DNA of 64,000 nt from an uncultured bacterium. GTDB taxonomy: Bacteria > Krumholzibacteriota > Krumholzibacteriia > Krumholzibacteriales > Krumholzibacteriaceae. Location: contig CAZREW010000015.1 of assembly GCA_964599375.1 (NCBI GenBank), positions 10,028 through 74,027 on the forward strand, given 5' to 3'. Under the pieces are notes generated by a model, which saw only the letters and a program-made list of their open reading frames with translations, had not been told where the DNA came from and did no database searches. Within the stretch, counting starts at the first letter, position 1, and every line of letters begins with the position of its first letter. Shown piece after piece: positions 47,654-56,716 of the stretch. A program made the position numbers and the translations under genes.

Positions 47654-49179
47654 CGCGCTTCCCCCTCACCCGCGGGATCGATCCTGTAAAGCGTGTACGT
47701 GACCGGCTCCGGCTTGCGGATCCCGAGATTCGAGACTGTACCCTCCCTCACCGCGGTAAAGCGGAAGCCCCTTATGACCGATCCGTCGAAGCGGCGCGGC
47801 TCAGGGTGCCGGTCGACGAGATAATCCGCGCCGAGGTCGAGATAGAGCCCCTCGTCGATGATACGCTGCACATCTATCCTTCTGCGCATATCGTTGATCT
47901 CCGGTGTGACGAGCCCTCCGAGGTCGAGCACCCTGCGCCCGGAGAAATACCCGATGGCCCCGATGTCCGGTGTCGCGACTACCGACCCCGGCGGCGAATT
48001 CTCCGCCAGCCAGATCCCCATCGGCACGAGAACCTCCCGCAGGCCTCTCGAGAATTCCCTCGTCGGGCGCACCGCTACCGCGAAATAGAATGTGAGGCTC
48101 TGCAGCATCGTCAGGACGGCCATCGCAGCGATCAGTCTTCGCGCCGTCCCCGTGGAGACGCCCCGCAGCAGCCTGGCCGCTCCTGTGAAACCCACGGCTA
48201 TCAGAGCGGGGAAGACCGGCAACAGGTATCTGGACAGAACGTGAAAATCGAATATCACATATACCGCCGGAAGCAGGAAGGCCCAGATAAGAAGGAGAAA
48301 AAACCCCCCGCGCGATACACCGGCGGCCGGCTCGAAGAGTCGCCCGCGGCGGAATATCCCGGCGACCGTGAATGCCGCCGCGACCGCAGCCGGCAGAAGA
48401 AGGGTCGCGCCTATCACCTTGATCGGGACGAGCGCGGACGCGAGCATCGCTGCGCCGAAGGCCGGCCTCCCCTGTTTGGCTCCGGCGGTCAGGGGAAGGA
48501 ATGTGCCTGTATGAGCTCGTACGGCGATGAGCCAGCACGCCATCAGGGCCGAGAAGACGAGGAGCCAGAGGAATCGTCTTTTCAGCGGGGTGTGCCGTTC
48601 GGCCGCCGCGAACGCGACGAAGGCCGCCGGGACCATCAGGCCCGCTTCCGGCCTCGCGAGACAGGCGAGGAAGAGGAGCAGGCCGAAGACGGCGCTCCTT
48701 GAGGCCGAGCGCGTTGCCGTCAGCGCCGCGAAGAGGCATACCAGGACGGCTAGCATCGCGAAAGAGGATTCCATGCCTGTGGCGCTCCACCTGAGCAGCC
48801 AGGCCTCGCATGCCAGCACCGCCGCCGCGGCCGCGGCGACCATCCTGGTCCCGTCGAGCTTCCTGACGAAGAAATAGATCGTGATTATCGAAATGGCTCC
48901 TGCCGCCCATGAGAACACACGGATCCAGACCGCGAGATCGCCGCCGGCCAGATACGTCAGGGCGAGCAGACCGACCCACAGCGGGCTGGTGGCGCCGTAC
49001 GAAGGGTCCCCCCTGTTGAACGCGAGCTCCCCCGTCTCGGCAAGGTTACGCGCGTACTGCATATGTATATAAGTATCGTCGGTCATCGATCCGGCCAGAG
49101 GGATGCTGGCGGCCGCGAAGAGAGCGACGCAGGCCGCGACCACGGCGATATCTGTTTTATTCACATGGCCTGCCATCAC
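47650..49179 (-). CDS. Polytopic membrane protein, putative GT-C glycosyltransferase
   Basis: Periplasmic DDTYIHMQYARNL...GATSPLW loop, GMES, LARPEA, RYLLP and DIGAIGYF motifs; ~11-13 TM. Confidence 0.7.
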   Translation of the reverse strand: MMAGHVNKTDIAVVAACVALFAAASIPLAGSMTDDTYIHMQYARNLAETGELAFNRGDPSYGATSPLWVGLLALTYLAGGDLAVWIRVFSWAAGAISIITIYFFVRKLDGTRMVAAAAAAVLACEAWLLRWSATGMESSFAMLAVLVCLFAALTATRSASRSAVFGLLLFLACLARPEAGLMVPAAFVAFAAAERHTPLKRRFLWLLVFSALMACWLIAVRAHTGTFLPLTAGAKQGRPAFGAAMLASALVPIKVIGATLLLPAAVAAAFTVAGIFRRGRLFEPAAGVSRGGFFLLLIWAFLLPAVYVIFDFHVLSRYLLPVFPALIAVGFTGAARLLRGVSTGTARRLIAAMAVLTMLQSLTFYFAVAVRPTREFSRGLREVLVPMGIWLAENSPPGSVVATPDIGAIGYFSGRRVLDLGGLVTPEINDMRRRIDVQRIIDEGLYLDLGADYLVDRHPEPRRFDGSVIRGFRFTAVREGTVSNLGIRKPEPVTYTLYRIDPAGEGEAR

Positions 49180-50468
49180 GCGTCCCTCCTCCTGCCGGCT
49201 ATCAGCTCGAGCTCGCGGGCCAGACTCTCGGCTGCGGCCCTTCTCGAAAACTCCGGTCTCGGCGACAGATCGTAGGCCGACTCGAGCGTCCCGTCCCTGT
49301 ACGCCGAATATATCCGCCTCAGCGCTGTCGCGACTTCGCCGGCGTCACCCGGCCCGGCGACCTCGCCCCTGCGCAGATTCCTGACAAGATCGGCCGCCTC
49401 CCCCGGCGGAGCCAGGGCAAGAACGGGCCTGCGGGCGCCTATGTACTCGTAGAGCTTGCCCGGAACGAGCCCGTTGTATCTCGGGTCGTCGTGCTTGATC
49501 AGCAGGAGCACGTGGCTCCTGCGCTCCCGTTCGATGCACTCGGTGTGCGGCATGTTATCCTCGAACACTACGCACTTCCCGATCCCGTCGAACCCCTCGA
49601 GATCCTCGTTCGCCGATTCCCTGGCCCCGATGAATTCGACCCTGATCCTTCCATTCGCCTCAGGCACCGCTGTGAGAAACCGCGAAAATCCTTCGAGAAA
49701 GACACGTGACCTGCGGCCAAGCGTCAGCATCCCGCAGTGCGTAATCAGCAGGGGGCCGCCGGGAGGCCGTTGCGGCTCCGAGGTGAAATCCTCCTCGTCG
49801 TACCCGTTCGGTATCCTCACGACATTGCATGAAGGGACGCTCCGCGACAATTCGTCCTGCTGCCACCTTGTAGTTACAACTATGGTATCAGCGCCGTGCT
49901 CGACCCGCCTTTCCATGCCCTCGAGGATAGACCTGTGAACTGCGGAGACCGGATCGCGGAGGTAGAGAGATATCCATGGATCCCTGAAATCGGCGAGCCA
50001 CGGCAACCCCGTCCTCCTGGCGACCTTCAGCGCGGCCAGATGAGTGGAGTCGGGCGGGCTTGTCGAGTAGAGAGCGTCGAACCTCTCATTGCGGCAGAGC
50101 CTGAGAGCCTCGCTTACGGCGAACGGCCTCCATCCCGTATAGGTGTCGGGCAGAAGGAATGATTCCCCGGCCCTTCTCATCAATTCGAAACCGCCGGAAG
50201 ACCTCGCGCCGGCCCGTCGGCCCCTCAGATTGCCGAGGATCCTCGACGCCGACAGTGAACCTGTCCTGATGACGCGGACGCCCGCCGGAATCTGCCTTTC
50301 CAGAGAAGGGTCGTTGATCCAGAACTCGCCGGGCTTCGGCGTGACCACGGTGATACCCCAGCCCGTCCTCGAGAGATACTTTACAAAAGAAAGCGGCCGG
50401 TACACCCCTCCCCCGCCTGCGGGCGGGAAGAAGTTGATCATCATCAGCAGCTTTCGAGAAGACATCAT
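49176..50468 (-). CDS. GT4-family glycosyltransferase
   Basis: FFPPAGGGGVYR, STSPP..HL, DFRDPW, IPNGYD and PGKLYEYIGARRPVL motifs. Confidence 0.88.
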   Translation of the reverse strand: MMSSRKLLMMINFFPPAGGGGVYRPLSFVKYLSRTGWGITVVTPKPGEFWINDPSLERQIPAGVRVIRTGSLSASRILGNLRGRRAGARSSGGFELMRRAGESFLLPDTYTGWRPFAVSEALRLCRNERFDALYSTSPPDSTHLAALKVARRTGLPWLADFRDPWISLYLRDPVSAVHRSILEGMERRVEHGADTIVVTTRWQQDELSRSVPSCNVVRIPNGYDEEDFTSEPQRPPGGPLLITHCGMLTLGRRSRVFLEGFSRFLTAVPEANGRIRVEFIGARESANEDLEGFDGIGKCVVFEDNMPHTECIERERRSHVLLLIKHDDPRYNGLVPGKLYEYIGARRPVLALAPPGEAADLVRNLRRGEVAGPGDAGEVATALRRIYSAYRDGTLESAYDLSPRPEFSRRAAAESLARELELIAGRRRDA

Positions 50469-52009
50469 CCCTCCAGTGATAGCACCCAGCGTACCAGCCC
50501 CGCGCCGGGACGGCCGGCTATCATCGCCGCCAGCGTCTCCGATTCACCGTGGTCGAGCAGGAACAGCTTCCTGACCGCCAGACGCAGAAGGAAGGGGGAC
50601 AGCAGGATGCATGCCGCGGCGGCGGAAACCCCCCAGGCAGCGCACGCTACTGCTCCGGCGACCGCGAATATCAGCGAGGCGCCGGCGGCCCTGAGCATGG
50701 CGGAACCGCCCGTGCCGGGAAAGAGCCCTTCCCTCCTGGCGAGCCATACGGCGACGGCGGCCTGGACGGCAGACGCTGTCAGCTGGGCAACTGCCGTGCC
50801 TGTCAGCCCGACATGCGGGACTATGATGAAGAGGCCGGAGAAGTAGACGGCCATCCAGGACAGGTCGCAAACCACCGCCCATTTCATGTAATGCAGCCCC
50901 TTCATGGCCGCGGTAAGGGGCGCTATGAAGGCGGCAACCGGCACCGTCGGCAGTAGCATGAGCAGAAGCCTGTACGTGCCATGGTATCCCGGACCGCTTA
51001 TCAGGCTGATCATCACCCCTCCGATGGCGGCTGCGACGGCCGATATCGCCAGGGCCGCCGTTACGCTCGCCTTTGTGAAAAGGCCGATTCGGCCGGAGAG
51101 GTCGTCCCACCTTCCCTCCTCATATATCCTGGTAAGCTCCGGCTGGAGCGCGACGACGGGGAATCCGAGGAATCTCTTTATCAGCTGGTTTATTCTCGAA
51201 GCGACGTGATACACAGATATCGCTGCGACGGGAAGCAGGGATGACATCATGAACCTGTCCACGTCAGAGAAAGCCAGCGCAGCATAGCTGAGCGCAAGCG
51301 CGCTTCCCCAGTAACCGGCCAGCGGAGGAAGGACCACGCCTCCCGAGGCGCCTGAACCGCCGTGAGAGAAATTCCATCTCATGATCAGAAGGTACGCGGG
51401 TATTCCCGCCACCCAGGTCAGGGCGTTGAGGACGAACATCGCCTTGAAAAGGACCTCCACATCGAGACGGTCACGCCAGATCAGGACAAAGGCCGTAAGG
51501 AGGACCTGGAAAGCGAGCTCGAATATCATCTGCATCCGCATCTCCCGGAGCCCGTTGAACCCGCCGTACAGGACGAGCTTGAGGCCGAGCGCAGCCGACG
51601 CCAGTATCATCCATTTCAGAGTTCCGCCCGGTACGGAGAGGCTTTTCGGCATAAGGCCCACCCAGTGTGGAGCGGAAAAAAGCAGGATAGCCCCGAGCAC
51701 GATCACGGCGGCTGAAAAGAGGAGGAACCAGGCGGCGGCGCTGCCGCGCTTCCCTCTCCTCTGGAATGAGGGAAGGTAACGGACAAGGACCTGTGGGAAT
51801 CCGACGATGATGACCGTGGTGAGCAGGAGAGCGAAGCCCCTCAGCGCGACATACAGGCCAAAGCGCTCCCCGCCGAGATGCCTGCTCAGCATGCTGAGCT
51901 GCACAAGCGTGAAGATCATCTGCAGAGCGCCGGCGACCGCGAGGGCGACCGTATTCTCCGCTATCCTCGACCGGCCTCTCTCTACCGTCTCTTCAGCCAC
52001 TCGATCCAT
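50465..52009 (-). CDS. Wzx-like oligosaccharide flippase (MOP family)
   Basis: About 13-14 TM; LSRHLGGERFGLY, DVDRFMMSSLL..ISVYHVA and LISGPGY patterns. Confidence 0.82.
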   Translation of the reverse strand: MDRVAEETVERGRSRIAENTVALAVAGALQMIFTLVQLSMLSRHLGGERFGLYVALRGFALLLTTVIIVGFPQVLVRYLPSFQRRGKRGSAAAWFLLFSAAVIVLGAILLFSAPHWVGLMPKSLSVPGGTLKWMILASAALGLKLVLYGGFNGLREMRMQMIFELAFQVLLTAFVLIWRDRLDVEVLFKAMFVLNALTWVAGIPAYLLIMRWNFSHGGSGASGGVVLPPLAGYWGSALALSYAALAFSDVDRFMMSSLLPVAAISVYHVASRINQLIKRFLGFPVVALQPELTRIYEEGRWDDLSGRIGLFTKASVTAALAISAVAAAIGGVMISLISGPGYHGTYRLLLMLLPTVPVAAFIAPLTAAMKGLHYMKWAVVCDLSWMAVYFSGLFIIVPHVGLTGTAVAQLTASAVQAAVAVWLARREGLFPGTGGSAMLRAAGASLIFAVAGAVACAAWGVSAAAACILLSPFLLRLAVRKLFLLDHGESETLAAMIAGRPGAGLVRWVLSLEG

Positions 52010-52950
52010 CTCCTCTTCTTCTCAAGGACAGGATAGAGATATTCCGTGCCGCCCATCGATTCCTTGAAGAAGATCATGCCTGCGTCCCCGCCACTGCTGC
52101 CCAGATTGAAGACGGAAGTGCCCCTGCCGATCGCCTCACGCACTGCGACCATTACGAGATAGGCCGCGGCGTCGTACTCGCTCGCCAGAGGAGCCACACC
52201 CGCCTGCCAGGCCTGGGCCGTCCTGCCGAAATAGAAATCAACGTGGGCGGCAAGCAGGGAGTCCCCGAGAAACGCTCCCCAGAAACATACACCCTCGCTA
52301 CCCCGGCGCAGCAGGCTCCTGAAGAATTCCATGGGGTACGGATGGACCCCTCCCCATCCTGTGGCTCCGTGGAGATATATATCGTAGAACAGCCCGAAAT
52401 CGTCCTCGCCCTCGAGCCTTCTGGCGATGATCCCCTCGCGTTCGCACCTGTTGCACAGCTGGCGCCTTTTACGGCTCATCCCCCTGCTCCTGTACTCCTC
52501 GAACGAACCGGGAAGCGTGATGATCCTGCACTCCTCCATCCTGCGTCTCCAGCCCCTGGGGTTCTCCCACTCTTCCACGAACCCTATCAGATTGGCGCCG
52601 GCGCGGGCGCATCTGGGAGAGGAAGCGATCTCGCAGAACCTGTCCAGGACCGCCCTTCGGACATCCGGATCGGAAGAGAGCGGATCGCCGTATGTGCCGA
52701 ATGGAAGCGAATGCAACATGAAGGCAGGGCCCTTGGTCACCCTGACCACAGGCATCAGGCCCTTCAGGCTACCGCCCCTGCGGGCGGCGAGCCAGCCACA
52801 CTCGAAACGCGGAAAGGCCTCCGCAAGTATCTCCAGCCATGTGGGGGAATGGAAGAATGTGGCGCCCTCGAAGGCCGAGACGAACTCGAGGACCTCCTCG
52901 CGGGAAAGATCAGTCTCGAAGCGGATCTCCACGGGCCCTCCGTTGATCAC
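51982..52950 (-). CDS. GNAT/FemAB-like acyltransferase
   Basis: TFFHSPTW, SLPFGTYG, SRKRRQ, PYP..FF and FNLGSSGG...FKESMGG motifs. Confidence 0.8.
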   Translation of the reverse strand: MINGGPVEIRFETDLSREEVLEFVSAFEGATFFHSPTWLEILAEAFPRFECGWLAARRGGSLKGLMPVVRVTKGPAFMLHSLPFGTYGDPLSSDPDVRRAVLDRFCEIASSPRCARAGANLIGFVEEWENPRGWRRRMEECRIITLPGSFEEYRSRGMSRKRRQLCNRCEREGIIARRLEGEDDFGLFYDIYLHGATGWGGVHPYPMEFFRSLLRRGSEGVCFWGAFLGDSLLAAHVDFYFGRTAQAWQAGVAPLASEYDAAAYLVMVAVREAIGRGTSVFNLGSSGGDAGMIFFKESMGGTEYLYPVLEKKRRWIEWLKRR

Positions 52951-54389
52951 GAGCTTCGTCCCGGGTCATCTCCGAAGCCGGGGATCAGCTCCGACATCAT
53001 CCGGAGAACGCCGTCCCTGTCCCCTTTCTCTGCCGCTTTGATGAGCCTGTCAACACCGGCCCCGAAATCTTTGCCCACAGCAGCGGGCGATCTGGCGAGC
53101 ATGATCTTTTCTCCGGAAACTGGCGGCTCCAGGATCTCGTCCTCTCCGATGAGGACTTCGTGGAGCTTCTCACCCTCCCTGAGCCCGGAAAATTCTATCG
53201 GTATCTCTTCATCCGGATCGTGCCCGGTAAGCATGATGATGTCCCTGGCCATCTCGAGGATGTTGAGCGCCTCGCCCATATCGAGTATGTACGTCTCCCC
53301 GCCTTTGCCGGACACCGATGCCTGTATCACGAGGAGCGTTGCCTCCCTGACCGTCATGAAGAACCTGGTGGCTCCGGGATGGCTGACAGTGACCGGCCCT
53401 CCCCTCGCGATCTGGTCCACGAAAAGCGGGACGACACTGCCTGTGCTGCCGATGACGTTTCCGAACCGGACGGTGATGAACCTGCAGGCGCTTTCCGGAT
53501 CGATCCCGCGCAGGTACATCTCGACCAGCCGCTTTGTGGCGCCCATCACTCCTTTGGGATCTGCCGCCTTGTCGGTCGATATGAACACAAACCGCTCAGC
53601 GCCGCATTTTTCGACCGCTTTCACGAGGTTTATGGTAGCCGCGACGTTGTTCAGCACGGCCTCTTCGGGATCACGTTCCATGTAGTGCACGTGCTTGTGC
53701 GCTGCGGTGTGATATACCACGTCCGGGGCAAGCCTCTTCATCAACTTCAGGAGCCTTTCGGGCTCGCGCAGATCGTTGATGACGGTGACTATCTCGAACC
53801 CAGGATTGTCGGCTCTTATCTCCTGCTCGATCGCGAAGATCCTGTTCTCGCCGCGGCCCAACATGATCAACGCCGCGGGCTTGACGCGGGCAAGCTGCCT
53901 GCACAGCTCGCTGCCGATCGTGCCGCCTGCTCCGGTGACAAGTATCCTCTTGCCTGCCAGGCTTCTGGCGGCCGATTCGAGATCGAAGCTTACCGTCTCC
54001 CTGCCGAGGAGATCCTCCACTCTCACTTCGCGGATCTGGTCGATGTGGACCGTCCCGCGGATGATCTCCATGAGGCCCGGCACGATCTTGTACTCAACAC
54101 CGGCCCTGCGGCACCGCCTGACGATGTCGCGTACAAACCTGCCCGGGGCGGTCGGAATCGATATGATGACCTCGTCTATGCCGCGATCCGCGACGACCGA
54201 TTCGAGCTCGGTCGTCCTGCCAAGCACGGGCGCGCCCTCGATCTCCGCCCCGGCCAGGGTCACGTCGTCATCGAGAAAACCCTCTATCGTCGCGTTGATC
54301 TCGGCAGAACAGCTGATCTCCGAGGCGATCATACGCGCGGCCTCGCCCGCGCCGACTATCAGTACCCTCCTGCACCTGTCACCGATCAC
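52947..54389 (-). CDS. CapD/PglF/WbpM-type UDP-HexNAc 4,6-dehydratase, without N-terminal TM region
   Basis: LIVGAGEA (CoA-binding-like domain), EDLLGR, TGAGGTIGSEL, AAHKHV, STDKA, MGATK, RFGNVIGS and TRFFMT motifs. Confidence 0.92.
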   Translation of the reverse strand: MIGDRCRRVLIVGAGEAARMIASEISCSAEINATIEGFLDDDVTLAGAEIEGAPVLGRTTELESVVADRGIDEVIISIPTAPGRFVRDIVRRCRRAGVEYKIVPGLMEIIRGTVHIDQIREVRVEDLLGRETVSFDLESAARSLAGKRILVTGAGGTIGSELCRQLARVKPAALIMLGRGENRIFAIEQEIRADNPGFEIVTVINDLREPERLLKLMKRLAPDVVYHTAAHKHVHYMERDPEEAVLNNVAATINLVKAVEKCGAERFVFISTDKAADPKGVMGATKRLVEMYLRGIDPESACRFITVRFGNVIGSTGSVVPLFVDQIARGGPVTVSHPGATRFFMTVREATLLVIQASVSGKGGETYILDMGEALNILEMARDIIMLTGHDPDEEIPIEFSGLREGEKLHEVLIGEDEILEPPVSGEKIMLARSPAAVGKDFGAGVDRLIKAAEKGDRDGVLRMMSELIPGFGDDPGRSS

Positions 54390-56716
54390 CTTACCACCGC
54401 GACCTTTCTCATGGACGTTCCCCCGGTTCCTTTCACGAATACTATGTAGATCCCCGAAGCGGCCTGATAACCGTTCATCGTCAGGAGGTCCCAGGCCACC
54501 TCGCCCTCGGCCACTCCTGCCACTTCATGGACCAGTTCGCCCTCCAGCGTGTAGACACGTATATCGACCAGGCCGCTTATCCGGGATATCCGCAGCTCGC
54601 TGTCCCCCCTGGCGGCATGGACTGGATTCGGGAAGAGGATCATCTCCGACATCGGCGTTATCACTTCCACCGGCTCGTTCGCGTCGAACCTGGCCAGCCC
54701 GTTATCCGTTCCGATCCACATGAATCCTCCCGCCGGATCGTAGACCAGCGCCCTGCAGATATGATCGGGAAGCGGGGATATGACGTCTTCAGCCTTGTAG
54801 ATCAGGTTGAGCTCGTTCTGCCACTCGAGTGCGGTGGTATACGCCTCGGCGATGTTCCCGTCCCCCTCGATCCTGTTCATGCCTCTGTTCGTGGCGACCC
54901 ACAGCCCGCCGCGCCCGTCGAACTCGATATCATATACCGTGCCTCCTATCAGGCCCTCGTCGCGGTCCCGGGTCTTTTCGGTAAATGAATGGATCGTTCC
55001 CTGAGAATACCTGACGAGCCCCGCCGAAGTCCCTGCCCATATGCTGCCGTCAGGTCCCCGCTCCACCGCCCACAGCTCCGTGCTGGGAAGCTGGCCGGAG
55101 CCTATGACGGTGATCCAGTAGTCGCCCGAGTTCGAGGTCAGGGTCGGCCAGTCGAAACCTCCCGTGTGCCAGTACATCACTCCGTAACCTCTGATGGCGA
55201 TATACGCCCCCTGGTCATCGAAGGCGCAGTCGAATATACTGCCGCCTTCCATCTGGGGATAGCTCTCAGGATCGACCGACAACCAGTCGTCCCCGGCCCT
55301 GCTGGCTATGTTGATCCCCCACATCCCGCTCTCGAATCCGACGTCGTCGGACATGAACCACCTGTTGCCGCCCGGATCCTCACGGGCTTTGACAAACCTG
55401 TCAGACGTTATCGTCCCGGTGCCGACCGCGAAATGCGCCCAGATATCATCGTCCTTGTCGAGCGGATCCCCGATCTCGATCCTGTCGAGATCGTAGTCCA
55501 GGGAGTTGCACCAGAGAAAACCCTGTGAATCATTCAGCAGGGCAAGGTTGTTTATAAAATAGGAAAGCGCGTCGTCGTTACCAACGTCGCTCCTTATCTT
55601 TGTGTAAGCCACCCACCGGTCGCCGGTAGAACGCAGCGAGATCCCGTACCTCCCCGTGCTCGCCCAGACATTCCCCGCCTGATCGCAGTCGAGGGCTACT
55701 ATCATGTTCTGGCTGAGTCCCTCGGGCCGGAAAGATGTCCACCCCACCCCGCTTGATCCGAAGAGGTAGATCCCCCTGGCGCCCTCCTCATAGAAACCGC
55801 CTGTCCACGGCGTTCCTCCGCCGTCGACCGCGAGAGCTCCGAGGATATTCTGGCTCCAGCCGATCCTGTACTCCTGAAGCTGCAGGTTCTTGAGCTCGAC
55901 GGCGGCCTGAAGGGCCCAGTAGGCGCCGTTCCACATGTATACCTGTTCAAGGGTCACACAGCACAGATTCCCTCCCCCTGAGGCGACAGCCACCGGGGCC
56001 ATGTGCAGGCCCCCGCCGAGCACCGGCCATGATCCGTCACCGAGGTGAAGGATATCGGGACCCGACACGCAGTAGACATCTCCTTCATGCACACAGACCG
56101 ACAAGACTTCTCCGACATCATAGAAGGTATATGCGAAGGTCTCGCGATCGTAACTCGCTATCCCTTTTTCGCAGGCTACCCACAAAAGACCGCTGGAAGG
56201 GTCCCAGGCGAGGTCGTACACAGTCCTTCCCTCCATGCTGTCGGTAAGGACAGGCTCTGTAGCCGGTGTATTCTCGTAGAACTTCGCCACTCCCCCGGTT
56301 CCGCCATAGTAGATATCGTCATCGACCGTCAGGAGGCACATCACGCTGTCGCTCAGTATGCCATCGAGCGTCTCGGTATATTCCTTCACGACGCGACCAC
56401 CGTCCGGGTCGTCTATCCGTGCTACACCGGCGACCCTCATCGCCGCCCATATGCTCCCTCTCCCGTCGACAGTCACAGCTGTGATATCGTTCGATCTGAG
56501 ATCGAGCCCGTCGAGGTATTTCGTAAAAGTCGAGTCCCGGAGGTCAAAGAGGAGGATCCCTCCCCTAGTCCCGCACCAGAGGCTGTCTCCCAGAGCCGTG
56601 ACCCTGTTGATCGCGCTGGCATCCATATATACGTTCCAGTCTCCCGGCGCCCCGTCGGCACTCGCGCCGGCACAGACGATCAGCGCCGCGAACAGGATAA
56701 ATCTGATCGTTTTCAA
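54386..56716 (-). CDS. PorZ-like secreted beta-propeller protein with T9SS type-A C-terminal domain
   Basis: Signal peptide; many propeller blades (AVTVDGRGSIW, DIEFDGRGGLWVAT, WIGTDNGLARF); C-terminal FPNP...RVYTLEGELV...WD...ASGIY...KVAVVR. TTG start at 56716 overlaps the upstream stop; 776 aa. Confidence 0.75.
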   Translation of the reverse strand: MKTIRFILFAALIVCAGASADGAPGDWNVYMDASAINRVTALGDSLWCGTRGGILLFDLRDSTFTKYLDGLDLRSNDITAVTVDGRGSIWAAMRVAGVARIDDPDGGRVVKEYTETLDGILSDSVMCLLTVDDDIYYGGTGGVAKFYENTPATEPVLTDSMEGRTVYDLAWDPSSGLLWVACEKGIASYDRETFAYTFYDVGEVLSVCVHEGDVYCVSGPDILHLGDGSWPVLGGGLHMAPVAVASGGGNLCCVTLEQVYMWNGAYWALQAAVELKNLQLQEYRIGWSQNILGALAVDGGGTPWTGGFYEEGARGIYLFGSSGVGWTSFRPEGLSQNMIVALDCDQAGNVWASTGRYGISLRSTGDRWVAYTKIRSDVGNDDALSYFINNLALLNDSQGFLWCNSLDYDLDRIEIGDPLDKDDDIWAHFAVGTGTITSDRFVKAREDPGGNRWFMSDDVGFESGMWGINIASRAGDDWLSVDPESYPQMEGGSIFDCAFDDQGAYIAIRGYGVMYWHTGGFDWPTLTSNSGDYWITVIGSGQLPSTELWAVERGPDGSIWAGTSAGLVRYSQGTIHSFTEKTRDRDEGLIGGTVYDIEFDGRGGLWVATNRGMNRIEGDGNIAEAYTTALEWQNELNLIYKAEDVISPLPDHICRALVYDPAGGFMWIGTDNGLARFDANEPVEVITPMSEMILFPNPVHAARGDSELRISRISGLVDIRVYTLEGELVHEVAGVAEGEVAWDLLTMNGYQAASGIYIVFVKGTGGTSMRKVAVVR

